A DNA stretch of 64,000 nucleotides, taken from positions 32,488,001-32,552,000 of the forward strand of contig OX597827.1 in assembly GCA_951406725.2 (NCBI GenBank). The letters are read 5' to 3'. Source of the stretch: Octopus vulgaris. Lineage: Eukaryota. Positions 38,196 to 50,915 of the stretch are shown one piece after another (position 1 is the stretch's first letter; each line of letters starts with the position of its first letter). The notes below the pieces were generated by a model. That model made no database searches. It was given only the letters and a program-made list of their open reading frames with translations, and had not been told where the DNA came from. Made by a program: the position numbers and the translations under genes.

Positions 38196-38534
38196 ATGTA
38201 TATATATATATATATATATATATATGCGTATGCATATATTAGTACGTATATATGTATTTAGACACATGCGCACACACACACACACACACATATATATAGA
38301 TAACAATGGATGGTATTCTAAATATTATACTATACATAATAAATTGTTGATATATTTAAAAATTACTTTTGCTCCCAGAAAAGTAAACGAGCATCTAGTG
38401 GTAATTGCAGCGGGCTGCGCATAGAAAGAGGAAGCTACCCCCAAGCAACCAATTGAAACAATACAGTCAACATTGTCTGTTGTAAGACAATAAACCACAA
38501 ATCTCCGTCTTATTTTCTACATACAACTATTTAA

Positions 38535-38683
38535 TATACATTATTTACATTTGACTGATATTTGTATTCATCTTGTTTGTTGTTAATACAACATTTCGGC
38601 TGATATACCCACCGGCCTTCATCAGGAGTCTTGGGGAAAATTTCGAACCTGGGTTCTCATTCCTAAGGTATTTTTCGATATAA

Positions 38684-38744
<61 letters not shown>

Positions 38745-39281
38745 CATTATTATTATTATTATTATCATTATTGAATGAGAAAACAATGCATGCCATTAAA
38801 GTGACACTGCGGTAAAATATACGAAGCCCAGTATACCTATCATGACTACCCGTCTGATAAGGGTACACCAGGCACATGCATCACAACCATATGTGTGCGA
38901 TATGGTAATTTCATATCAAGGATAAACAGCACATGACCTTGCAGGTGGAGCCCAGTTAGAATTTTCTTCGGGTGAAGTAGCCCATCCTGTTCAAAACGTC
39001 CCTGAATAAGGGTTGTTTAAGGATATTGAACGAACCACTCACGTTTCCAAAGGTGAATTATCCAAACTTCTAAGAATTCCTTTCAACACACGGTTATGAT
39101 GTTCCACCACTATTCTGCTCGTGATCAGAGATCAGAGATGCACGTATCGTCAGTCACTAAGGAACATGCTCAACTGGTTAAGGTCAAACAAGTGACAAGA
39201 AAATCTGTGGTATGGAGCAGAATATTTGTTGCAATCCATCTGTTATACTACCACGACAAAACGATTGTGGTATTGAGCAGA

Positions 39282-39336
<55 letters not shown>

Positions 39337-39858
39337 GCAGTTCATGCCATCAAAGTGACACTGGGGTAAAATATACGAAGCCCAATATACCCATCATGAC
39401 TACCCGTCTGATAAAGGTACACCAGGCACATGCATCACAACCATATGTGCGCGACATGGTGATCTCATATCAAGATAAACAGCACATGACCTTGCAGGTG
39501 GGGCCCAGTTAGAATTTTCTTCAGGTTGAGTAGCCCATCCCGCTCAAACGGTCCCTGAATAAGGGTTGTTTAAGGATGTTGAAAAAACCACCCATGTTTC
39601 CAGAGGTGAATTATTCAAACCCCAAAGAATCCCTCTCAACACTCCCCCACTACTTCTGCTCGTGATCAGAGATGCACATATTGTCAGCCACTAAGGGACA
39701 TGCTCAACTGGTTACGGTCAAGCAACTGACAAGCAAATCTGTGGTATTGAGCAGAATATTTGCTGTAGCCCATCTTTTATACCAAGACAAAACAATGTAC
39801 ATGATAACACTTCCAATCAGTTAAGATCAGAAGCCATGAGAGCCACTGCCTGGTACTG

Positions 39859-39905
<47 letters not shown>

Positions 39906-39985
39906 TCACTGCCTGGAATCGAACTCGGAATCTTGGGGTTAGTAGCCCGCGCTCTTAACCACTACGCCACATAGAACTGTATTAA
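38535..39985 (-). mobile_element. tRNA-head plus hammerhead element (copy 2) with two nested insertions in its (AAT)n linker
   Basis: Head 39901-39970 (A-box TGGCGTAGTGG, B-box GAGTTCGATTCC), hammerhead-like motif 38585-38630, inserts 38773-39283 and 39336-39861. Confidence 0.7.
39336..39861 (-). mobile_element. about 560-bp non-coding (AAT)n-embedded repeat, family E
   Basis: Closely similar to 54582-55143 (+), 38773-39283 (-) and partial 52590-52709. The long copies are flanked by (AAT)n on both sides. Confidence 0.8.
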
Positions 39986-40559
39986 CTATTTAATATGTAA
40001 AGTGGGTTGTTATTGACGTCATTTAAGTTTGAAACCCTTTTGAAAGTCATGAAATTATGAAACGGATTGGGTTCACGTAAACACCCGTCCACCCCGTCAT
40101 GCGTCCACTGTTTCGGGGAGGGTTATGGGGGATATTCTCTTATTCTTTCACTTGCTTTAGTCATTTGACTGCGGCCATGCTGGAGTACCACCTTTAGTCG
40201 AACAAATCGATCCCAGGACTTATTCTTTGTTAGCCTAGTAATTATTCTATCTGTTCTTTTGCCGAACCGCTAGGTTACAGGGACATCGGTCTCGAGCGAT
40301 GGGGGTGGGGGTGGACAAGCACATGCATACATTTATGCGGCGGGATTCTTTCAGTTTCTGTTAACCAAAGCCACTCACAAGTCTTTGGTCGGCCCGAGGT
40401 TATAATAGAAGACACTTGCATAAGATGTCACTCAATGGCACTGAACCCGGAACCATGTGGTTGGAAAGTAAACTTCTTATCACACAACCATGCACGCGCG
40501 CGCGCAAGAAAATATGGGCCTTTTCTCCACACGGGCAAAAATATAAAATACAATGATGA

Positions 40560-41160
40560 AATTGAAAATATTAAGCAATGCAATGGACGAAAGCAACCTG
40601 GTGTAACCCCAGGTTGTAAAAGTAAATCTCTGTTTTAACCGGGAAGTTAAAGATATCATCCGACTAAAGAAGGAGGCTTGCAAAGCTTCGTTTGGAAACA
40701 AGTCTCCTCGTTTGCGCATGCGTTACACTAGGGCGCGAAAGTTTGTTGCATAGACAAAATCGTTCAAGGTTAAGTCATGGGAGAACTTTGGGATTAAGCT
40801 GGACTGTCTTTAGATTGGCCAATGAAGTATTCTAGCAGACCATCCATTGGCTTCGTAACAAGGAGCTCTGTTCCTCTCATGCCATGAAGAACTCGACTGT
40901 GGTTTTTCTTTCTACAGAGAAAAGCATCGTTGGTAGATGCAAAGAATATTTTGCTGTTCTAATTCGTCACAATAAAATCGTCTGGGGTACATGAGGTGCG
41001 TCTATGGGCGAAGATTAACTTTACAGAGGCTGGAGGGAAAGCGATTAAATCAATCAAGTGTGACAAGGCGGCTGGAGACGATGAAATTCGACCAGGAATG
41101 TCAAAAGCCTTAAACAGAAAAGCCATTCTTTGTGCCCAAATTCTTGTAGTAGCATTCGTG
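40560..41160 (+). mobile_element. decayed RTE-like LINE fragment
   Basis: NREVKDIIRLKKEA, KSWENFG, AIKSIKCDKAAGDDEIRPGM (K.AG.D.I..EM motif ahead of RT). Confidence 0.6.
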
Positions 41161-42060
41161 CATTTCAGCACATTACAAATTACACACACACACACACACA
41201 CACGTATATACGTACGTACGTATGTACAGCAAGCTTCTTTTAGTTTCCATCCACCAAACCCGCTTACAAGGTTTTGGTCAGCCTACAGCTCTCGTAAAAG
41301 ACACATCCTCAAAGTGCTACACGGTGGGACTGGACCCAAAACCACATCTTTCCAGGCAGCCACCGCTTTTAATGTATCGTATGTTTAGTCAGAGCTTTCT
41401 CTGGGCAGTTTCCATCAAGAAAACCACACTTTATATATAATTATGATGAACTAGATCTATAAACAGACCAAAGTCACATGATTTTCAAATTAATCAAATA
41501 GAGAAAGCGCAACATTTGGCAAAAGTCCATGAATTTATTTAGACGTACGCAAAAACAAAGATGTGATTTTTGCCGCATTACATATAACTAAATTATTCAA
41601 CTTTTTTCTTTTATTTTCCCCCAGTTTCGTAATGAAATTGATATGATAGCATTATTTACCCAAAGTGTCTAAACTTAATAATGTTGATAATAACATTTCA
41701 TACGAAATGTTTACGTTTGTACGGAGCCATCCTGAAAATGTTTCCAATTATAACTACACAGCTGTTATCTATAGATTATATATTTATATATTCCAAAACT
41801 AAATCAGATCTGGAAGATACTTTTTTTTTATAATGTAAGTATTTGAATTGCTGGACTAAAACCAATGAGAGGACGGAGAAAATTACAGGCAAACAGATGA
41901 TTCTTGTACCACACCTTAATTGAATATTTAAATGACTGAGAATCAGAAAGCTTGTTTAAATCTATTATCTCTATTATACATACATACATACATACATACA
42001 TACATACATACATACATACATACATACATACATACATACATACATACATACATACACACA

Positions 42061-42159
<99 letters not shown>

Positions 42160-42166
42160 CACACAC

Positions 42167-42921
42167 CAGAGGCGACTCTAGGTCATCAGCATCACTCGGG
42201 CTCATCACAAATTTCGCATGAGACACATGCCTGCTCGAAGAATTTCACGTTTGTCTGCAATATTTCTAACCCCCAAATGGCTTATTTTTTTTTTTATATC
42301 TAGCACTATATCTTTTTCCATTTCTAAGTTGAGGGTAAAAATAAAACAACCCTGCAAAACACAATTGATCTTTACACAAAGACGCTCAGAATCACAGCAA
42401 TCAAATAACGACAGCAGAATGCACAACAAGCATCAGCGATCAGACTGTCACCTGAACTCTTGACCAGCGATACCAGTTAGTCTTTTACACACTACCAGGC
42501 TCGTTCGTATTAGCCTGAGTTGCTGGATGATATTTCGCTCCTTTAAGAATATTGTAGAATGGAAACTTTTCATAGATTAGAATTTAAATCCTAATCTCTA
42601 TAGAAATTTATTATTTCAAGAAAAAATTAAATTTGAATTGCATTTAATTTTTACGATTATTGATAACTACTCGGGCTGTAACTTCTGAGCCAGAGTCAAG
42701 CGCGTGTGAACAATGTCGAAAGACCTTCTGCTACGAATGATAGTTTTTGAGACGACCACCAGACGCTGAAGGAAAATAATAAACTGCGATCAAGCTCAAT
42801 AAAAGGAGTCGGAGTTATTGGCTGAAATTACATATTTAAAAAATTAAATCGGCTGGTAAATACACGTTCACATTACTAAATTTATACTCGGGCTAAGCCC
42901 GAACAGCCGGAGTCGCCACTG
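42167..42921 (-). mobile_element. about 750-bp non-autonomous DNA transposon, copy 2
   Basis: Termini CAGAGGCGACTCT / GGAGTCGCCACTG. Reverse complement of 21484-22237. Confidence 0.8.
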
Positions 42922-43382
42922 ATATATATATATACATACATACGGGGCCCCAGTATGGCCATAATCTCTGGCTGAATCGATTGTCTGAATTTTCTTCAGG
43001 AAACTATACACAGACATGTGTGTGTGCGCGCGAACGCTTAATTTGTGGTTTAACAAGGTAACCATTAGTTTCATGTGAAAATGTGAAAAGGTCTTCACAA
43101 TTGTTCAAGCGTGCCATATCGAAGTGTTGGTATTCGTCTCCAGTTTGGATGTCAACCGAGACCCATTACATTCACCACACGATGTGTTTGACTGCAATAC
43201 ATGTCGATAGGCGTATTGTTTATTCGAACAGGCGGCTAAGCGCGTGCTGCTATGAAATTACTACAAATGATAATATTGGTTGCATCGTGAACCGAAATCT
43301 AAACAAAGGTGCTGAATTTGTTTTTATGCCAACATTTTATTAAGTATTAAAAGAAATAAAAGCATGCTATTTATTACATCAC

Positions 43383-43691
43383 CAGTGGTTCCCAAACTTT
43401 TTCAGGTTGCCGCCCCCTTTGTTCTGAGGTCACATTCCTAGTGCACACCACTCACCATCACCACCATCACCACCCCCAACTTACCATCAGAGACATAAAC
43501 CATTTTCTGCAGCAAATTCAAAACAACAGTATTTCACAAATAAAACACTCTAATTAATCCATTATTTTGTTGGGGTTTTTTTTACATCCATTGCCCCGTT
43601 TTGGTCACCCCCATTATCGCTCCATTTCAAAGCCCCACTGGATCTTTCCATAGCCATCAGAGGGCGGTACTGCACACTTTGCGAACAACTA
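43383..43691. mobile_element. hAT/Charlie-like MITE
   Basis: CAGTGGTTCCCAAAC ... TTTGCGAACAACTA. Confidence 0.5.
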
Positions 43692-44262
43692 AGTATACCT
43701 TTACAGACTTTTTGCATGCACAATAACCTCAGCAACAGATCTATTTTCATATTTCGTTTCTCTGCCCTAACGCTAAATCCGCTTTTATTCTTTGCCTGGA
43801 CGCACCTTAAAATTAGAACTTATTCACAGAAATACAAAACTGGGAATTAATTTTTTTTCATCTGTTAGAGCTTAATATTTAATTAAAAACGAAAATACAT
43901 AACAGCTGGTACAATTTCAGAATGAATTTCAGAACATTTCCAGTCTCTTTCACAAACTCAAGAGACAAGTTTTTCGTGAGGCTTTTGCAGTCCTTTAACA
44001 CACACACACACACACACACACACTCGTATATGGTTTCTTATTTAGGTACTAGATCAGTAATTTTGACGGGAGGCCCCAGTACTTGAATGGTACTTTATTT
44101 TATCGATTTCCCTAAAAATGAAAGGAGAAGTTGACCACGATGGGATTTGAATTCATAGAACATAAATAACTAGAAAAGCGTAAGGTAATTTAACCTGAAG
44201 CTCTAACAATTGTACTAAGCCGAATTATATATGTACACACACGCATATATAAATAAATAAAT

Positions 44263-44345
<83 letters not shown>

Positions 44346-44437
44346 GATCAGTCTATATATCCATCTCTCGCTCTCATACATATACACTTCTGTCAAAGCA
44401 TTGCAAGCACACACACTCATACACACAGACACATTAT

Positions 44438-44860
44438 TCTTTTCTACTTTAGGCACAAGGACCGAAATTCTGGGGGAGGGGGCCAGTCGATTAGATCGAC
44501 CCCAGTACGCAATTTGAGCTCATAACCTAAAGACAGATTTAATACCGCTAAGCATTTCACCCGGCGTGCTAACGTTTCTTATTTCTTTGTTGTCCACAAG
44601 GGGCTAAACATAGAAGGGACAAACAAGGACAGACAAACGGATTAAGTCGATTACATCGACCCCAGTGCGTAATTGGTACTTAATTTATCGACCCCGAAAG
44701 GATGAAAGGCAAAGTCGACCTCGGCGGAATTTGAACTCAGAACGTAACAGCAGACAAAATATCGCTAAGCATTTCGCCCAGCGTGCTAACGTTTCTGCCA
44801 GCTCACCGCCTTACCGAGTCAATATGTGTTTCTTTATTACCCACAAGGGGCTAAACATAG
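44438..44860 (-). mobile_element. SINE family B composite
   Basis: Same modules as 25980-26585. Confidence 0.8.
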
Positions 44861-45389
44861 CCTTACCGAGTCAATATTCCCACATAAAGCACGTCACATC
44901 ATTTTTTCCCCAAACAATTATCTCCCTTCTACTTCGCTCTCTTTATCTTCCGTCTCGTACTTTCCCCTTTATCCAGCGTTTATTTACTCATCCTGCTGTC
45001 ATTCACTTGTCTTACACACACACACACATGCATTCGCTTCCATATGCACAGGTGGAGGGACACAGCTGCATAGTATAGACTGCTGGGGACACACAGACTT
45101 AACGCAAATTAGTAAAGGATTTTCTTCCGAATTTCTGCTTGAATAATTAGTGTTTAGTTTTGATTGAAGAATATCATTATTTGCATAGAAACACAAAAAA
45201 AATTTACTTTGCTTCAGATCACGCTAATTATTGATTAGTTATCGATTAGCAAAAACAGGTGAAATAGATACAGTTGCAAAAAACTTAATGCAGATCTATC
45301 TATACTAAAGAATTAATAGAATGCACGATGCTTAAAAAATGTCAAAAATATTAGTAACGTACAACATTCTATGTACAGTTTTGTGACAT

Positions 45390-45770
45390 GAAATTGAGCC
45401 AACGAGGAAGGTTAGAACGGACTACGACAGACTAAAGAGGGCTAATAAAACGAATTAAAATTTCTGTGAAGCCGAACTAATCGGACGGGTTAAAACTGGC
45501 TAATGAGACGAGCTAAAACTTTTGAGAAAATGAGCTAAGATCGGCTAAAATAAACTGATGATACAGGCTCATACAACGGGCAAAAACGAACGAATGAGTT
45601 GGGCTAAAACCAGTGAAACTACTAATAATATGAGAAGATGAGTTAAGACTTCTGTGAAACTGAACTAATAAGACGGGTTAAAACGGGCTAATGAAATAGG
45701 CTAAAAGTTCTGCAAAACTGGTTAATAACACGGGCTAAAAGGAAGTCTACATTCATCAAACGGCTCAGTG
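45390..45770. repeat. degenerate minisatellite
   Basis: Recurrent ACGGGCTAAAAC / GGCTAATAA / CTTCTGTGAAAC variants. Confidence 0.6.
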
Positions 45771-46209
45771 AACAAATGTTGCTGCTTTCATAGTTTTGTT
45801 TGTGCTAATATACAACCTGGTTTTCTTTTGGCTTTTTTTTTTAAACGCATAGTGCATGCAGGACCAACTTATCCAATACCCTATTGGTTTTGTAAGACAG
45901 AGTGTGATTTGAGAAGAGACTTGGCTGCTATTAAACCTGCATGCTGTTAAAGAAACTCCTGGTTATATTAAATATAGTGTCATGAAGCCAGAATGATTTC
46001 TGCCTTTTAGCACCATCTCATCAGCGAATGAAGGATATGTATCCCTGTATGTTTGCTTCTAAAGATTGTGCTATTTTTAGACATTTTAATTTTTGTGAAT
46101 GAATAAATTAGTAATAATGAATATAGTTTAATATAAGACTTTAGATGGATAGGTTGTATTTTCCACGTCGGGGTGACCACTTTAGAAGGATAGGTGGTAT
46201 TCCATCTAA

Positions 46210-46259
46210 TCTAACTCCAGATCAGAAGGCTGCGTATTCGTATCACGTCGGGGTCACCA
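46210..46259 (+). pseudogene. 3' part of mature tRNA-Trp(CCA) including the CCA tail
   Basis: TCTAACTCCAGATCAGAAGGCTGCGTATTCGTATCACGTCGGGGTCACCA versus canonical metazoan tRNA-Trp TCTGACTCCAGATCAGAAGGCTGCGTGTTCGAATCACGTCGGGGTCA+CCA. Anticodon at 46217-46219. Confidence 0.85.
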
Positions 46260-46995
46260 CTGTAGATGGTTAGGCTGTTGTTCCATCCAGTGTGACTCGG
46301 CTCAGATGGTTGTAATGCTATTGTGTTAGGAACTCGGTAAAGAAATACATGGAACAAAGGTGATGACTTTAAATACGTTTATTGTGGTCACACGTATATA
46401 TACACAAGCTGAATAAAAGTGGTTGATGGCATTTATTCATGTATCTAGATGCACCTGCGTGGGTTATATGTTAGCTGTTAACCCTGGTGAAGAAGGTTCA
46501 CGAACAGCGATATAATAGAACCAGTACAGTGAGTTGGTGCTGTGTAGATGTTGTCGACGGCTTTGGTGAGAGACATCATGGTGGCGACGAAGATGGCGGT
46601 CTCTGTTATGTGGTCAGTTGCTTCCAGACTTTCTAAGGTCTAACCACTGACCACATTACAGCGACCTCCATCTTCGTCGCTACCATGATGTCTCTCTCCA
46701 AAGCCGTCGACAACATCTACACAGCACCAATACACTGTACTGGTTCTATCATATCGCTGTTCGTAAACCTTCCTCACCAGGGTTAACAGCTAACACACAA
46801 CCCATGCAGATATATGAATAAATGTCCATCAAACACTTCTATTCGGATTGTGTATATACACGTGTGACCACAATAAACGTATTTAAAATAATAACCTTTA
46901 TTCCATGTATTTCTTTACCAGGTTCCTACCACAGTAGCATTACAGCCTTCTGAGCTGAGTGACATTGTATGGAACAACAACCTAACCATCTAAAG
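46260..46995. mobile_element. head-to-head inverted LTR-like sequence, about 360-bp arms; left arm adjoins a tRNA-Trp PBS
   Basis: 46260-46620 pairs with 46644-46995. Minus strand reads ...CATCTACA-G-TGGTGACCCCGACGTGAT (CA end plus 18-nt PBS). AATAAA inside the arm. Confidence 0.75.
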
Positions 46996-47252
46996 CACAA
47001 TATCATCTAATTTCATGTGTGTGAGTGCGTATATGTACGCTTGTATGCATTATGTGTATGTGTGTGTGTGTGTGTGTGTTTCTACATACGAGATAAATTC
47101 AACTATAAATAATAGAAATATGTGTATTTCGGATACACACACACACGTATGCCTATATTTACATACGCGTGTATGTATGTGCATATATAATTCGTTTTTT
47201 GGCATGCATATGCGTAGATACACCCAGTCAACTTCTTTGTTATTCCTACACA

Positions 47253-47283
<31 letters not shown>

Positions 47284-47301
47284 TCAAACATATACACACA
47301 T

Positions 47302-47369
<68 letters not shown>

Positions 47370-47622
47370 GCACATACGCACACAGAGTTCTCTGTCATTT
47401 GACGATGAAGATTCAGTTGTTCGATCAACTGAATTACCAGTAATTGGCTGAGTATTCCTTAGACCTACGTGCGCCCTTAACATGGTTCTCGGACATAATG
47501 CATGCGAGTCGACGAGTGACAAAGCTGTACTCATTGATTTACAGGTTCAATTCGCCTGACACTGCAAAAACAAAAACATGAAGAAAAAAATTATATATAC
47601 ACTCACATTCATACACACATAA

Positions 47623-47655
<33 letters not shown>

Positions 47656-48301
47656 TGTATGTATGTATGTATGTATGTATGTATGTATGTATGTATGTAT
47701 GTATGTATGAATGTATGTACGTACGTATGTATGTATGTATGTATGTATGTATGTATGTATGTATGTATGTATGTATGTATGTATGTATGTATGTATGTAT
47801 GTATTGGTATGGTTTTTCTATACCTCTTCAGAAGGTAAATCCGCAAACCGGCAGAAGTCAGAGCAATGTTAACAGCATCGTTTCACAAGGACCACTCTGC
47901 GAATGTCTGAGAACGATCTTTCGACTTTCCATCACGATATTCCCACTGAAGAGAACTTTCTGAATGCGACGAACTAAATTAGGAACAAGCTACCAAAAAA
48001 AAAAAAAAAACTCATTAATTATGTTTTAATCAAATCGACAATTTCTACTAACGATTATATTTGAGTAGCAGTGTGAGAAAAGCTAATAAAAATTGGGGTA
48101 TCTTGTTTGCTGTTCCCACAAGTGGGGATAGCTAAAGCGTGGTCCCTGAGAAGATATGTGAAAATATAAACACGTATCGTTAAGTATCACAGCTTATTGA
48201 ATGCAGAAGTGTTTTGTTTTTCTTCATTGATATGCTTATTAGATAACTCACTGTTACTTTACTCACGCTCACACAGACACACACTCATACATCACAAACG
48301 T

Positions 48302-48623
48302 GTGAAAGGAGCACTCCGTCGGTTACGACGACGAGGGTCCCAGCTGATACGATCAACGGAACAGCTTGCACGTGAAATTAACGTGCAAGTTGCTGAGCAA
48401 TCTACTGACATGTGTAACGTAGTTCTCAGGGAGATTCAACGTGACACAGAATGTGACAAGGCTGGCCCTTTAAAGTACAGATACAACTAAATTTTGTCAG
48501 ATGAGTGGACTGGAGCAACGTGAAATAAAGTGTCTTGCTCAAGGACAGCGCATCGCCGGGAATTGAACCCACGACCTTACAATCGTGAGTTGAATGCTCT
48601 AACCACTAAGCCACGCGCCTTCT
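48302..48623 (-). mobile_element. tRNA-derived SINE with 12-bp target-site duplication
   Basis: TSD CATCACAAACGT at 48290-48301 and 48624-48635. Head GGCGCGTGGCTTAGTGGTTAG...GGGTTCAATTCCC. Confidence 0.85.
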
Positions 48624-48640
48624 CATCACAAACGTATATA

Positions 48641-49042
48641 CTGAGAACGAGTGGTATTTGAGAACACTTGATTATCAATATATTTCTCTCTTCAAACCCA
48701 TTAAAAGGTTCTTATTCCTTTCAAATCCCTTATGACAGATAAAATGCTAACACAGGAAGCGAAAAGATATGAAATCATTTTGGTCACCATATGTGTGGAA
48801 CACAGTGATTTAGAAATTACTAACTTTCTAAATGTTGAAAGATCTTTTTTACTCAAATTTCGGATGGAATTCGAAGCTTCTTGCGCGAATGATTCAACAA
48901 TATCAAAAATTTTTTTAAAAACCCAAAATTTCGGACACCATAATTCATTCAGTGACGATTCCAGAAAATCTATTAGAATCATCGCCAAGGAACTTCAGGC
49001 GTCAGAGTGGATTATCAGAATTGTGGTGCGTGAGGACATTCG

Positions 49043-49092
<50 letters not shown>

Positions 49093-49827
49093 CAAAAACA
49101 AAAAAAAAATAGATGTTTGATCCGTGCCAAGAATTATTTCACGAGGAACATGACATGCTTTGGTTCTTCTCTGATAAAAAAACTTCAACCAAGACCAAAA
49201 GTCAAACAGAAGATATGACCGGTGGTTTTCTCTAGATCCTTCAGATGTTCCAGAGTAATGCACATTAACTTTCCAGCAACCGTGATGGTTTTAGGAGTGG
49301 TGAGTAACGAAGGTGATGTCATGGCCACCTCACATCATAGAATTAATGCAGCAGGTATACGCTGAGGTGCCAAAGACACTTGTTAAGAGTCTTGAATGGA
49401 TAGGCTACGCAGTGGAAAGATCATATGTGCTTCAAGAAGATACACCATTACCTCACAAGATCTACGAAACGAAGAACGGATGTCAAACAATCTTTACGAT
49501 CGCTAAACTTGTGGCCTCTAGATTTGCCAGATGTAAGTCCCATGATTTACAACGTATGGAACGTTGTGGAATGGGGCACTAATCGATATTTTCACAATAC
49601 TATAACTTCACTGAAGGCCTGTATAGACCGGGTATTGTCCGAAATGGATAACAAGCGTTTAATGCAGACATATCAACGTTTCCGGTCCCGCATCGAAGCA
49701 GTCAATGGAGGCGAAGGTAGATATGTAGAACGATTTTATAAGAAAGTTCGGATTTTGCTAAATGAGAGATGTTTGAAGAGAGTAATAAACGGATAATTAA
49801 GTGCTTTCAGACAACCCTCGCACACTG
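48641..49827 (+). mobile_element. degenerate Tc1/mariner-superfamily transposon (maT/DD37D-like)
   Basis: Degenerate 27-bp TIRs. FPATVMVLGVVSNEG, YVLQED, LWPLDLPDVSPMIYNVW (WP..SPDL.P motif). Confidence 0.75.
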
Positions 49828-49968
49828 TGTGTGTGTGTATATACACGTATGTATCTATAAATGTGTATGTATATGTATTCAAGATGTATACATATAATTA
49901 TATACATATAGATTTACATATATACACATGGATTTTCATAGACATATACGTAAACACACACAAACGTG

Positions 49969-50012
<44 letters not shown>

Positions 50013-50076
50013 GACATACATCTATACACACACACATAGCTCTATACGTTGAGGCCAAAGTTTCCCACCATCCTAT

Positions 50077-50184
50077 CAACACACCAGTCCGACAACAATA
50101 CATAATTTATAAATACATAAATTTCCAGTCCAACACACCAGTCCGACAACAATACATAATTTATAAATACATAAATTTCCAGTC
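50077..50184. repeat. perfect 54-bp tandem duplication
   Basis: 50077-50130 is identical to 50131-50184. Confidence 0.95.
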
Positions 50185-50867
50185 TTTTTTTTTTCTCTCA
50201 CACACATTTTCACCGATTTAACCAATTCCACAGAACACATCTATTTTCCTTTCATTCACTTCGACTGCAGCATCTCCCACCTTCAAACTGTCATTTCTCA
50301 AGTCTCTCGTTTTCTCTTATCTATTGAGTATTGATGTGTAAATTTATGTCTATACGTGGGTTTGTATATATGAGTGTGTCTGTCTGTCTACCTATGTATG
50401 TATGTCATTCTTTCTCTCAATATATATATAAACATAAAGAAATAGATAGATAAAAGTAGATATATATACATGTTGCTTGCTTGTGTGTGTGTATACGCGT
50501 ATCGGTATCGAACATGTGACACATTATAAAGAACACCACAGGGTACATCATCATCAGTCGTAGCATGATTTTTTTTTTCATCAAAGTGCTCAACAATTGC
50601 TTATTTAAATCATACTTTTATTTGGAGCTACGACATTACTTCTATACGAGGAAAGAATAAATTAGAGAAGTCAACTCCTGCAACACGATAAGAAAAAAAA
50701 TACGCGTGTTTTCACCTCATCATAAATCTTCCAATCTTTCGTTTCTTTTTTTTTCTTTCTTTTAGAAATTCATCTTATGCATATCCGCAGTCAACGCAAA
50801 AAGTTATTTCCATATGTAAGTATGTGTGTGTATTTTTGAGCGTATATGTATGTATTTATGTACAAAA

Positions 50868-50915
<48 letters not shown>

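Noticed and set aside
39901-39970. Functional tRNA gene
   Set aside because: A and B boxes are present but the acceptor stem does not pair, and it is joined to a repeat body as a SINE-type head.
46210-46259. Functional tRNA-Trp gene
   Set aside because: It lacks the 5' acceptor strand, D-arm and A-box, and has an encoded CCA. It is a retrocopy or extended PBS.
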